Shown: positions 40,109 to 49,216, counted from the first letter of the whole stretch. The stretch is DNA of 63,576 nt, filler included, from an uncultured Synergistales bacterium (GCA_937897575.1; 6 parts of 6 records of this genome joined end to end with filler, not necessarily neighbours in it), one strand, 5' to 3'. Translations and numbers: made by a program. Notes: generated by a model from the sequence alone, not told the origin.

Positions 40109-40939
40109 TCAATAGAGCTTGTCCAGGTCCACTTCCTTGTTGAAGCTGTACTCGTCGCTCGGGAATTCGCCGCTGAGCGCCTCCTTGTGGAACTGGTTCA
40201 GCCCGTCCACCATGACCTTCCGAACATTGGCGTACAGCTTGACGAACTTCGGCTTGAAGTCGCCGTACATGCCGAGGAGGTCCTGGGTCACCAGAACCTG
40301 GCAGTCCACGAAGGGGCCCGCCCCGATGCCGAGGATGGGGATCTTCACCGCCTCGCTGACGGCTTTGCCCACCACCTTCGGCACGCACTCGAGCACGATG
40401 GAGAAGGCCCCCGCCTGTTCCAGCTCCTTCGCGTCCTCGATGAGCTGCCGGGCGCTCTCCGGCGTTCCACCCTGGACCCTGAAGCCGCCAAGCTGCGTGG
40501 CGTTCTGTGGCGTGAGGCCGATGTGCCCCATGACCGATATCCCCGCGTCCACGATGGCGCGGACAAGGGGGGCATACTTTACGCCGCCCTCGAGTTTCAC
40601 GCAGTCGCACCCCGTTTTCTTGATCATCCTCGTGGCGTTCTTCACGCCCTGTTCGATGCTCTTGTTGTAGGAGCCGAAGGGCATGTCCCCGACGACGAAG
40701 GTGTCGGGCGCTCCCTTGACCACCGGGCGGATGTGGTGGATCATGTCCTCCATGGTCACCGCCACCGTGTCCTTATACCCCAGCATGATCATGCCCAGGG
40801 AGTCGCCGACCAGGATGACCTCCACGTCGCTGTCGTTGACGATGGACGCCGTGGTGTAGTCGTAGGCCGTCACGTAGGCGAACTTCCTTCCCTCCTCCTT
40901 GTACCTCTTGAAATCGAGGATCGACATCTTCTTCTTCAC
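40109..40939 (-). CDS. panB: 3-methyl-2-oxobutanoate hydroxymethyltransferase
   Basis: TAYD, LVGDSLG, DMPFGSY, VKLEGG, GHIGLTPQ, GIGAG. Confidence 0.96.
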   Translation of the reverse strand: MKKKMSILDFKRYKEEGRKFAYVTAYDYTTASIVNDSDVEVILVGDSLGMIMLGYKDTVAVTMEDMIHHIRPVVKGAPDTFVVGDMPFGSYNKSIEQGVKNATRMIKKTGCDCVKLEGGVKYAPLVRAIVDAGISVMGHIGLTPQNATQLGGFRVQGGTPESARQLIEDAKELEQAGAFSIVLECVPKVVGKAVSEAVKIPILGIGAGPFVDCQVLVTQDLLGMYGDFKPKFVKLYANVRKVMVDGLNQFHKEALSGEFPSDEYSFNKEVDLDKLY

Positions 40940-41080
40940 GTTCTTCCCTCCCCTTTCGTCGTGATCGCTCCATACCCTGCTCTTCGCCGCCCCGGCAGGC
41001 GGATGCACCATGTTCAGCCCTTCGGGGCACATCTTTTCCTTAAGCGTCCCTCGACTACAGACTGGCAGGTCTCCCGGTCA

Positions 41081-42355
41081 TCACTCCCGGACGCCGAGCA
41101 GCTCCGCCGCCGTCGCCGCCAGGATTGTCACGCCCGTGACGAGGTCGTCCAATGCGATATGCTCGTCGGACGTATGGGCCAGGGCCAGACGGCCTGGCCC
41201 GTAGACCACCGTGGCCTCCAGTCCTCCCTCGTGGACGGCGAACCGCTGGTCGTCCATGCCCGGGCTGACGTTCACGCCCATGTCCCTCCCCAGCACCGCT
41301 CGTCCGCAGGCCTTGAGCGCGTCGACGAGCCTCTGGTCCTCGTCGACCATCGTGGGGTTCGCCTCGACGATGGGCGTATAGCTGTACCCCAGGATGATGC
41401 CCTCCCGCACCAGGTCGTCGCATATGGCCATGATCTCTCCCCTCGCCCACGCCGCGCTCTGCTCGGGGATGAGCCGCCAGTCGAAGCTCGCCGTGCACTC
41501 ATCGGGGATGGTGTTGACCTTCGACCCCGCCCGGATGGTGGTGATGCAGAGGGTGCTCTTCCTCGACCCCTCGGGGCTGACCGGATACCGGCTGACGGTC
41601 TCCAGCGCGGGGCGGATGCGCACGTCAATGCGCTCGAGGAGCCGTCTCATGCCCTCGATGGGGTTCAACCCCTTCGAGGGCATGCTGCCGTGGCTCTGAA
41701 CGCCCCTGAAGGCGAGCGTGAACCAGAGGGTCCCGCGGTGGCCCAGGCAGATCATGTCGGGGTCGAGAGGCTCGGTGATGATGCAGTAGTCCGTGTTCTC
41801 CTTCGTCAGACGACCGCTTCGGACGAGGTACCCCATGCCCGTCTCGCCGCCCGTCTCCTCGTCGGGGACGGCGCTGGAGACGAAGGTCCCCTTCAGCTCG
41901 ATGCCCGCGTGCTGAAGCACCTCGAGGGCGTAGATCTGGGCGGCGAGGCCGGACTTCATGTCGCTGGCGCCACGCCCGTAGACCTTGCCGTCGATGATCG
42001 CCCCTCCGTAGGGGTCCACGGTCCAGCCTCCACCGGCCGGGACGACGTCGTAGTGCCCTGAGAGGTGCAGCACGGGGCGCTTTTCCGTCCCCGCAAAGGT
42101 CCCGACGACGATATGCCTCGGCCACCCCTTCGACTCGTCGGCAAGGGCGGCAAGGTCCTCCTCGGGGACCTCCACGTACTCCACCTCGCACCCCAGGGAT
42201 GCCATCTTCGCCCCGAGGAAGCGCACACATCGCTCGTAGTTTCGCCCCGGGGGGTTCTCCGTGTCGATGGCCAGAAGCTCGCCCAGGAAGGCCCCCATCT
42301 GAGGCCGCAGCGCCTCGGCCGACGCCCGGATTCGCGCGATCAGCCCATCGTTCAT
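41081..42355 (-). CDS. M20 family (ArgE/DapE-like) metallo-amidase
   Basis: GHYDVVP, GRGASDMK, DEETGG, TEP, HGS, AHTSDE; ATGA overlap with the upstream gene. Confidence 0.9.
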   Translation of the reverse strand: MNDGLIARIRASAEALRPQMGAFLGELLAIDTENPPGRNYERCVRFLGAKMASLGCEVEYVEVPEEDLAALADESKGWPRHIVVGTFAGTEKRPVLHLSGHYDVVPAGGGWTVDPYGGAIIDGKVYGRGASDMKSGLAAQIYALEVLQHAGIELKGTFVSSAVPDEETGGETGMGYLVRSGRLTKENTDYCIITEPLDPDMICLGHRGTLWFTLAFRGVQSHGSMPSKGLNPIEGMRRLLERIDVRIRPALETVSRYPVSPEGSRKSTLCITTIRAGSKVNTIPDECTASFDWRLIPEQSAAWARGEIMAICDDLVREGIILGYSYTPIVEANPTMVDEDQRLVDALKACGRAVLGRDMGVNVSPGMDDQRFAVHEGGLEATVVYGPGRLALAHTSDEHIALDDLVTGVTILAATAAELLGVRE

Positions 42356-44022
42356 GCTCTGCCCTCCCGTTCGTATTCTACTCTTCCGTCGATTATGGTG
42401 CAGTCCACCCGGAGGGTGTGGATGTCCATGGGGTCGATGGCCAGGATATCGTCCGAGAGAACGATCATGTCCGCCAGCTTGCCCGGCTCCAGGCTGCCCT
42501 TGATGTGCTCTTCGAAGGAGGAGTATGCGCCGTTGTAGGTCGCCGCCCGGATGGCCTCCATGACCGTGACGCTTTGGGTCCTGTCGCACTGGACGTTCTG
42601 GCATCGGTCGTACCGGTTGACCGCCCCGTCGATGGTGTGGATGCCCTTGGGCCCCGACGGCGCGTCGCTCGCCAGCGAGCAGACGACCCCGGCGTCGAGC
42701 ATGTTGCGGAGGGCCGCCATGTACCGGTTGCGTTCGCCGTAGAAGGTCATGTAGTTCGCCCCGATCATCTGGATCATGCCCGTGTTGATCGACGGGCAGA
42801 TGTTCATGGCCGCCATGCGGTCGATCAGGTCCTGATCCACCAGGGAGCAGTGTTCGATGCGATGGCGCATCCCCCTGAACCTCTCGGGGCTCTCCCGGAA
42901 GCACCGCTCGTACCCCTCTACCATGAACTCCACGGCAAGGTCGCCGATGGCGTGGGCGGTGCACTGGCACTCGGCGTCCACGATCCGCCTGATGTAGTCC
43001 CAGACCTCCTCCCGTTCCCACCCCCGTTCGCGCACCAGCGCCGGGTCATGGGAGTAGGGCTCGCGGGTGGCGCAGGACGGCGCCCCCGACCCTCCGTCGA
43101 TCATGAACTTGCTGGGCCCCACCCGGAAGTGCTCGTCGCCCAGGCCGGACATGAAGCCAAGCTGCATCCAGTGTTCGTTCTGCTCCAGAGAGAACTTCTT
43201 ACCGAAGATGCTGTGGAGCGCCATGTTGACGCGAACCTTGAAGTCGCCATCGCGGCAGAGCTTCTGCATGATGTGGTAGGAGGTCGACCCGCACTCGCCC
43301 ATGTCGCCGATGGAGGTGATGCCCGCCTCCAGAGCCTGCTGGTGCGACTTCATGGCCGCCGCCCTCTGCTGCTCCTCGGAGTAGTCCACCATGCCCCACA
43401 GCGCGAAGTGGGTATGGCCCCGCACCATGCCCGTGAGTCGTCCGTCGAGGACCTCGACCTCGTCCCTCGGGTATTTCGCGGCGTCCTGGGGCCGATGTAC
43501 CTCGAGGTACTCCAGCGCCCGGGTATTGTACATGCAGATATGCCCGCCGCCATGCATGCAGTGCACCGGGTTGTCCGGCGCGACGCCGTCCAGCTCGTCG
43601 ATGGTGGGGTGCCTTCGTTCGCCGGAAAAGAGCTCGGGCTCGTAGCCCATCATGGAGATCCACCGGCCCGGCTCTTTGTGCCGGACGGCGTCCTCGATCA
43701 TGGCGAGCATCTCCTGCAGCGAACGGCAATTTTTGTTCGTCGTGTCGATCATCCCCGAATCGCGTTCCATGCCGAGAAGGCCGTTCAGGATGGGGTGGAA
43801 GTGCGTGTCATTGATGCCCGGCATGAGCGTCCGACCCTGAAGGTCCACGACGACCGTCCCGTCCGTCAGAAAGGGGCGTATCCCTTCGTCGCCGCCCACG
43901 TAGGCGATGCGGTTGCCCCGGATGCCGAGCACCTCGACGACGTCGTCCCGACCGTTGACCGTGACGACGCTCCCGTTCACAAGAGCCATGTCCAACCCGC
44001 AGCGCATCGTATCTCCGCTCAT
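42352..44022 (-). CDS. YtcJ-like amidohydrolase (Amidohydro_3)
   Basis: PGINDTHFH, KFMIDG, HAIGD, RIEH, SDAP, GSLEPGKLAD; AAGGAGG RBS before ATG 44022. Confidence 0.9.
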   Translation of the reverse strand: MSGDTMRCGLDMALVNGSVVTVNGRDDVVEVLGIRGNRIAYVGGDEGIRPFLTDGTVVVDLQGRTLMPGINDTHFHPILNGLLGMERDSGMIDTTNKNCRSLQEMLAMIEDAVRHKEPGRWISMMGYEPELFSGERRHPTIDELDGVAPDNPVHCMHGGGHICMYNTRALEYLEVHRPQDAAKYPRDEVEVLDGRLTGMVRGHTHFALWGMVDYSEEQQRAAAMKSHQQALEAGITSIGDMGECGSTSYHIMQKLCRDGDFKVRVNMALHSIFGKKFSLEQNEHWMQLGFMSGLGDEHFRVGPSKFMIDGGSGAPSCATREPYSHDPALVRERGWEREEVWDYIRRIVDAECQCTAHAIGDLAVEFMVEGYERCFRESPERFRGMRHRIEHCSLVDQDLIDRMAAMNICPSINTGMIQMIGANYMTFYGERNRYMAALRNMLDAGVVCSLASDAPSGPKGIHTIDGAVNRYDRCQNVQCDRTQSVTVMEAIRAATYNGAYSSFEEHIKGSLEPGKLADMIVLSDDILAIDPMDIHTLRVDCTIIDGRVEYEREGRA

Positions 44023-44251
44023 CGAACCCCTCCTTTCTTGCACCGCGCCAAAAACGTCGCCCTGTACGTCAGCATCTCCGGCGCACATCCAACCATTTGT
44101 ACTCGAAGAGCCCGGGGTACCTTCGGAGAAGAACCAAGTGCAGAGGGCACCCCGTCGCCACAGAAGCGATCGTTCATGCTCGATCGGCCGTGCTTCATCG
44201 TCCCGAATGGCGGGACAATGTTGATCTATACGGACTGATCTCTCCCCTCGA

Positions 44252-44294
44252 ATTATGAATAAAATTCTCTTCCTGTCAATCGAGAAACGATTTC
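44252..44294 (-). promoter_or_regulatory. Sigma70 promoter of the amidohydrolase-pan operon with two IclR-like palindromes
   Basis: TTGACA(44279-74)-N16-CATAAT(44257-52); GAATAAAATTC (44257-67) and GAAACGATTTC (44284-94). Confidence 0.6.
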
Positions 44295-44387
44295 GGGAAC
44301 ATGCTTTTATCGTATCGAATACGAGGAATCCCGATGACAAGCACCGCTATCGCTGACAGAACAGGAAAAGGAACTTCTTTCTTTAAC

Positions 44388-44403
44388 CGTTCCACGTGGA
44401 ACA
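44388..44403. other. parS centromere-like site (ParB binding)
   Basis: CGTTCCACGTGGAACA, 15/16 match to the palindrome TGTTCCACGTGGAACA; intergenic. Confidence 0.75.
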
Positions 44404-44836
44404 CCAGGCACGCTTCACCTGTCCTGTCCTGTCCTCTGCCAACCGGAGTCCTCGTCACGGATGCCCCCTCTATCTCGGGGAACAAGGTCACCTTGGCCAC
44501 CGGGAGGGTACAATGCGCAGATCGATGCTGCGAGGGATGAGAGAGGGGGGACCGACAAAAAAGCGGATGGCCTATGAAATCGGAAAGGGCGATAGGCCTC
44601 CGATGCGAAGGACCTGAAATCGAGAAGCGAACGTGGGGACTGGGAGACATGGGCACAAACGCGGGAAAATATCCGAAGGGTTCCGCATGCGTGGTATTGG
44701 GGGTGAGGGGTTGTGTACGAGGAGGTTCGCGGCACCGATACACGGGTGAAATCAGGGACTGCTGTTCGGGGGCAGGAAGCCTCGACGTTCAAAAGCAACC
44801 TGCAGCGCCACGTCAGGGCTGCACCATGAGCGGTCC

Positions 44837-44886
44837 AGTTCAGAGGGGCACGTCCTCCTCCTAAGGAGAACGTGCCCCTCTGAACT
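44837..44886. terminator. Long inverted repeat downstream of ric
   Basis: 17-bp perfect arms AGTTCAGAGGGGCACGT / ACGTGCCCCTCTGAACT; no clear U-tract. Confidence 0.55.
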
Positions 44887-44913
44887 TCGTCTTCTGCCCG
44901 ATAGAGGCTGTTC

Positions 44914-45615
44914 TTACGCCTTCGCGTCCTTTTCAAGGGCCGGGAAGAGGACGGAGTTCTCCTTGAAGATATGGAGGAAGATGCTCTCCGTGAGGAGCCG
45001 CAGGTTCTCGTATGTGGCTCTGAACGTCGGGCACCCGTCCTCCGGGACGCGGAAGTTGTCCGTTACGCCCAGTATCTTCTTGATGATCTCGCCGGCTTCC
45101 TCGTGTTCGTCCTCGAGCTCGCGGACCTCTTTCAGCACCTCACTCGTCATCGATTCAGATTCGAAGGCGTGGAGGATCTTCGGGAAGACCACCTTATCCT
45201 CCTTGACGAAGTGGGCCTCCAGCTCGACCTTGAGAGCGCTGAACAGCCTGTGGAGCGTCAGAAGCTCCTCTCCGTGATTCTCGAAGTGGGCGATGAGGAT
45301 GGTGTTGATCAGCCGGTCGACCTCGAAGAGACGCTGCCGCTCGGGTTCGTGGTGCACGGACTGAAGATGGCGGATCATCTGGGGCACCGTGTAGCGGAAC
45401 ACCTCTTCGTCGATGGCCTTCACCTTCTGGTGCTCCACCTTCGCAAGAAACTCGTCCATCTCCTGCAGAAAACGGTCTACATCGTACCCCTGCTCCTTTG
45501 CCGCGTCGCCGATCATATCCTTCCCGCCGCAACAGTAGTCTATGTTTTTTTTGTTGAAGAACGTCGTGATTTCGGGATGGGCGCGGATGATCTCGCTGAT
45601 GGACGTATTTTGCAT
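44914..45615 (-). CDS. ric: Iron-sulfur cluster repair di-iron protein (Ric/ScdA/YtfE)
   Basis: IDYCCGG, HH, HFVKE..VFP, EH, HIFKENSVLFP. Confidence 0.92.
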   Translation of the reverse strand: MQNTSISEIIRAHPEITTFFNKKNIDYCCGGKDMIGDAAKEQGYDVDRFLQEMDEFLAKVEHQKVKAIDEEVFRYTVPQMIRHLQSVHHEPERQRLFEVDRLINTILIAHFENHGEELLTLHRLFSALKVELEAHFVKEDKVVFPKILHAFESESMTSEVLKEVRELEDEHEEAGEIIKKILGVTDNFRVPEDGCPTFRATYENLRLLTESIFLHIFKENSVLFPALEKDAKA

Positions 45616-45653
45616 GGGAAAGACCTCCTCTTCTTTTATGGTGCTGCGAGATC

Positions 45654-45695
45654 ATTATATGGAGGTCTTTGGGATAAAAATATGATTCAGATCAA
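45654..45695 (-). promoter_or_regulatory. FNR-type box and -10 element of the ric promoter
   Basis: TTGATCTGAATCAT (45695-45682) vs TTGAT-N4-ATCAA; TATAAT at 45659-45654; centre about -41.5. Confidence 0.75.
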
Positions 45696-45698
45696 CTT

Positions 45699-46373
45699 TT
45701 ACACCGTCGTAAGTCGGCTTTTATCCACTACCCGAATCTTCCTGTGCCCCTCCAGGGCGATCAATCCCTTCTCCTGAAGCGCGGAGAGCTTGCGATTCAC
45801 CGTCTCCTTGGTGATTCCGAGGACGCTGCCCATGTCCTCCTGGGAGATCTGCACCAGATCGCTCCCCTGCCTCCGACTGTGCTCCGCCAGGTACATGGCG
45901 ACCTTCTTCTCGGCGTTTCTGATGGAGAATATCTCAAGGAGCTTCCTGTCCTGATTCACTCGGGTGTTCAGGTATTCGATGATCTTCAACGCCATGCCCG
46001 GGTTCCGGAGGACGAGGCTGCGCAGCTTCTCCCCCTCGAGGAGGCAGACTCCCGTGTCCTCGAGAGCGATGCCGGTCTCCCAGCAGACGCTGTTCGTAAA
46101 GAGATCGTGCCCGCCGTAAAAATCCCCCGGCGACAGAAAGTCCAGAAGGATATCCTCTCCGTCAACCCCGTACCGGACAAGCTTCACCTTGCCGTACCGG
46201 ACGATGAGCATCCGGTGCAGGGGCTCTTCTTCGCGAAAGAGCACCTCTTTCCTGGCGTACTCCTTATGTTCGATGAGGCTTGCCACCCTCTCGAGCTCGC
46301 CATCGTCGAGGCCCGAGAAGACGGGCACTCGTTTCACACAGGAACGATGGTTGTATTCGCAATCGCAGCGCAC
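45699..46373 (-). CDS. Crp/Fnr family transcriptional regulator with N-terminal Cys residues
   Basis: cNMP-like domain (GKVKL, PGDFYG); HTH SQEDMGSVLGITKETVNRKL; CDC..C N-terminus. Confidence 0.9.
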   Translation of the reverse strand: MRCDCEYNHRSCVKRVPVFSGLDDGELERVASLIEHKEYARKEVLFREEEPLHRMLIVRYGKVKLVRYGVDGEDILLDFLSPGDFYGGHDLFTNSVCWETGIALEDTGVCLLEGEKLRSLVLRNPGMALKIIEYLNTRVNQDRKLLEIFSIRNAEKKVAMYLAEHSRRQGSDLVQISQEDMGSVLGITKETVNRKLSALQEKGLIALEGHRKIRVVDKSRLTTV

Positions 46374-46423
46374 GTTTGTTCCGCCCCCTCGTCCGTTGCC
46401 GGTCATGAAACGTTCGATGCGAT

Positions 46424-46523
46424 NNNNNNNNNNNNNNNNNNNNNNNNNNNNNNNNNNNNNNNNNNNNTTAATTAATTAANNNNNNNNNNNNNNNNNNNNN
46501 NNNNNNNNNNNNNNNNNNNNNNN
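46424..46523. other. Artificial contig linker
   Basis: N-run with TTAATTAATTAA. Confidence 0.97.
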
Positions 46524-46881
46524 TGAGGTAGGCGTCCAGCGTCCGACGCCCCGGGGGAAGGGGGCCGAAGTAGCAGGACCGGACCACAAACCCGGCGAGC
46601 TTCACCTCGGGCAGCCCGCTGTCGTCCGGGCCGCGCTCGGACCACTCGTCGCTGCATCCGTAGTTCCCGGCATGAGGGGACGTCAGCACCACGACCTGAC
46701 CGGAGCAGGACGGGTCGGTCAACATCTCGTGATACCCGCACATCCCGGTGTTGAAGACCACCTCGCCCACACCCCTGTCGGCTCCGCCGACGGGCAGATC
46801 GTCCGCCCTCAGGGGGGCGGCTCCGAAGGACAGCCCGTCGAAGACCGCCCCGTCCTCCAGGACCAGATAACACCTCGCCAT
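46524..46881 (-). CDS. carA: Carbamoyl-phosphate synthase small subunit, N-terminal fragment
   Basis: [30 protein letters not shown]. Confidence 0.9.
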
Positions 46882-46909
46882 GACCGATCGCACCCTTCCA
46901 ATCTAAATC

Positions 46910-46983
46910 AAAGTATATTTTTACATATAAAATAAACTTTAGTTCCGATAGGATACTCTACGTGAGAGGAGGACCTTTGTCAA
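46910..46983 (-). promoter_or_regulatory. carA promoter with possible ARG box
   Basis: TTGACA(46983-78)-N17-TAGAGT(46960-55); AT-rich ATGTAAAAATATACT (about 46912-46926) resembles an ArgR box. Confidence 0.5.
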
Positions 46984-47255
46984 TGGCCTGCGAAAAACGT
47001 GCTACATCCGCAACTGGGCGTACCCCGGTTCCGCTCGGGGCATGATGGCATGATACGGACGGGAGCGCTCTTCCGTCCTGAGAGGTCAACGCCACGTCAG
47101 GACGGGCTGCCCTTCCGTCGGGCAGATCGTGCGATGACCGTGCCTCGGTCCGTTATAATATCCTATGCGTATCGCTCGACGATCGGGCCGCCCGTCCGCC
47201 GCCCCGTCCCTGCGGCGGTCAACGGACACTGCCAAGAGAAAGAGGGAGGAGCATC

Positions 47256-47804
47256 ATGCCGTTCATAAGCGAGATACGGACCACTCCGCCGGATCACTTC
47301 CTGTCGCCGCTGCAGAGGATGACCTACGACGCGCTGGAGCTGCTGCAGATTCCCTTTCAGCGCGTGGAGACCGACGAGATCGTCACCATGGACGACTGCC
47401 TTCAGGTCGATCAGAAGCTTCGGATGAAGATGGTGAAGACGCTCTTCCTCTGCAACAGGCAACAGACGGAGTTCTACCTGTTCGTCACCTGCGGCGACAA
47501 ACCCTTCACGTCGAGGGAGTTCGCCGGCGCGTTGGGCGTCGCACGCCCCTCCTTCGCGCCCATCGATCGGATGGAGGAGATGCTCGGGACGAAGATCGGG
47601 GCGGCAACCGTCTTCAGCGTGCTGCTCGACGTGGACCGGAGGGTGCGCGTCGTGTTCGACAAGGACGTGGTCGACGAGACGTGGTACGGGTGCAGCGACG
47701 GGACGAACACGGGCTACCTGAAGATCGAGACGGCGCGGATCGTCGGTGATTTTCTGAGATATGCGGGCCACGAACCGACGGTGATCGGGCTGGAACGCCC
47801 CTAG
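47256..47804 (+). CDS. YbaK/ProX-like aminoacyl-tRNA editing protein
   Basis: VKTLFLCN, SFA, LGTKIGAATVFS; GGAGGAG RBS. Confidence 0.85.
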   Translation: MPFISEIRTTPPDHFLSPLQRMTYDALELLQIPFQRVETDEIVTMDDCLQVDQKLRMKMVKTLFLCNRQQTEFYLFVTCGDKPFTSREFAGALGVARPSFAPIDRMEEMLGTKIGAATVFSVLLDVDRRVRVVFDKDVVDETWYGCSDGTNTGYLKIETARIVGDFLRYAGHEPTVIGLERP

Positions 47805-47915
47805 CGACGACGGGACACACCATCGGGCGACGTGTCGCAGGGGGTCATGCCTTCCAGGGGTCCGCGGGGCCCTTCGTCGGGTCGACTATGTCGAGGGGGC
47901 ACGATATTGTCCGAT

Positions 47916-47946
47916 AAAAAAGGGCAGGGGTTCTCCCCTGCCCTTT
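47916..47946 (-). terminator. Rho-independent terminator of the yeeE-like operon
   Basis: AAAGGGCAGGGG-AGAA-CCCCTGCCC followed by TTTTTT on the minus strand. Confidence 0.8.
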
Positions 47947-47971
47947 CGTTCTGCCGTGGCCGTTCCCCGGC

Positions 47972-48502
47972 TCAGAGCCCCTTTTTCTCCGCCCACCGGA
48001 AGAAGAGGATGGCCAGAACCGTCACTCCCGCGATGACGACCCAGTGGTTCACCCCGAACACCTGGGGCAGGGTGATCTTTCCGTAGTCGCCGATCGTCAG
48101 GACCTTCGCCTGAATCCACGGGAAGGTCTCGGCGTACAGCGCGGCGCCCGCCACGCTGCCGGCGATGCCCCACAGGGCGTCCAGCCGGCCCTCGGCGAGG
48201 GCCGCGACCGATGTCCCGGGGCAGTAGCCCAGAAGCCCCCATCCGATGCCGAAGAGAATCCCTCCTCCGACCACGCCGCCGACGATCATGGGCTTGATGG
48301 AGAGCTTCACGGCCCCCAGGTCGTAGAGGAAGTAGGTCCCGATCATGGCCACCACGACGGTGGAGAGCATGAATTTCAAGATGGTGAAATCCTGAATGCG
48401 CAGCGCCGCAATCTGCTTGTCGTACCGTATGACCCGGCCGCGCTGGAGCAGAAAGCCGAACAGGACGCCCGTAACGAGTCCGTAGACGAGATCACTGTTC
48501 AT
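47972..48502 (-). CDS. YeeE/YedE family membrane protein (second half-protein)
   Basis: GVLFGFLLQ, FGIGWGLLGYCPGT, EG; GGAGGT RBS. Confidence 0.88.
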   Translation of the reverse strand: MNSDLVYGLVTGVLFGFLLQRGRVIRYDKQIAALRIQDFTILKFMLSTVVVAMIGTYFLYDLGAVKLSIKPMIVGGVVGGGILFGIGWGLLGYCPGTSVAALAEGRLDALWGIAGSVAGAALYAETFPWIQAKVLTIGDYGKITLPQVFGVNHWVVIAGVTVLAILFFRWAEKKGL

Positions 48503-49010
48503 TGGGATCACCTCCGTAGATCATCCTCGCGACGACCGCGCCCGCGGCAAAGAAAAGGAAAAGGGCGACAAACCCGCTGACGGCAAGCTGAAGCGTCCCG
48601 CTCAGCCCGTGTCCGCTGGGTCACCCGTCGGCCAGCCGGGCCCCGTACATGGCGATCACGCCGCCGATGAAGGCCACGACGCCGCGCTTGACCGAGGAAT
48701 TGCCGAACCGCCTCCGCCACATGGGAGGGACGGCCTCCACCTTGAAGTCCCCGAACAGGAGCGCCGCCGCAAGGGCCCCCAGGAAGATCCCCACGATGAA
48801 ATAGGCCTGCCAGTCCATCTTCGCCGCATGTTTCACGAGATAGTCGAGGGTCGATGCGTGCTCCGGCGCGACGGCCTGCTCCACAACCGTCGCCGCCCGG
48901 ACGAAGGTCGTGGACGCCCCGAAGTACTTCCCCGCGAACCATACGGACCCCACGGAGACAAGGCCGGTAAGGGATCCGGCGACATATGGGTTCCATCCGT
49001 CTCTGCTCAT
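48492..49010 (-). CDS. YeeE/YedE family membrane protein, predicted selenoprotein (UGA at 48623-48621)
   Basis: WNPYVAG, FGAS, YGARLADG-UGA-PSGHGLSG aligns with the family GARxAxGCxSGH motif; read-through adds a TM helix and ends at TGA 48492, overlapping the next start. Confidence 0.85.
48584..48609 (-). promoter_or_regulatory. SECIS-like hairpin 3' of the yeeE UGA
   Basis: GGGCTGAGCG-GGA-CGCTTCAGCTT with one bulged U; loop begins 23 nt after UGA. Confidence 0.6.
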
Positions 49011-49216
49011 CTCTCCACCTCCGTTCCGTGTATTTGTCCCGTTGCCTCCATATAATACCATCTCTCAGTATTGTCAATACACTGATATGCTTGTCTTAAA
49101 AGGCGTATCCGTGTCGCACACCCCACGGTGGGACGGAGAATCCCGGCTCCGGGCCTTGCTCTTCTTGCCCCTTGGGACTACTCTATTCTCAACGATGAAG
49201 GAGGCGGAGTCCACTC

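Noticed and set aside
44023..44340. 106-aa N-terminal extension of the amidohydrolase
   Set aside because: Spans the predicted promoter; a strong RBS precedes ATG 44022.
44300..44830. Hidden gene or riboswitch in the large intergenic region
   Set aside because: ORFs lack coding features and I recognised no riboswitch consensus; only the parS match is supported.
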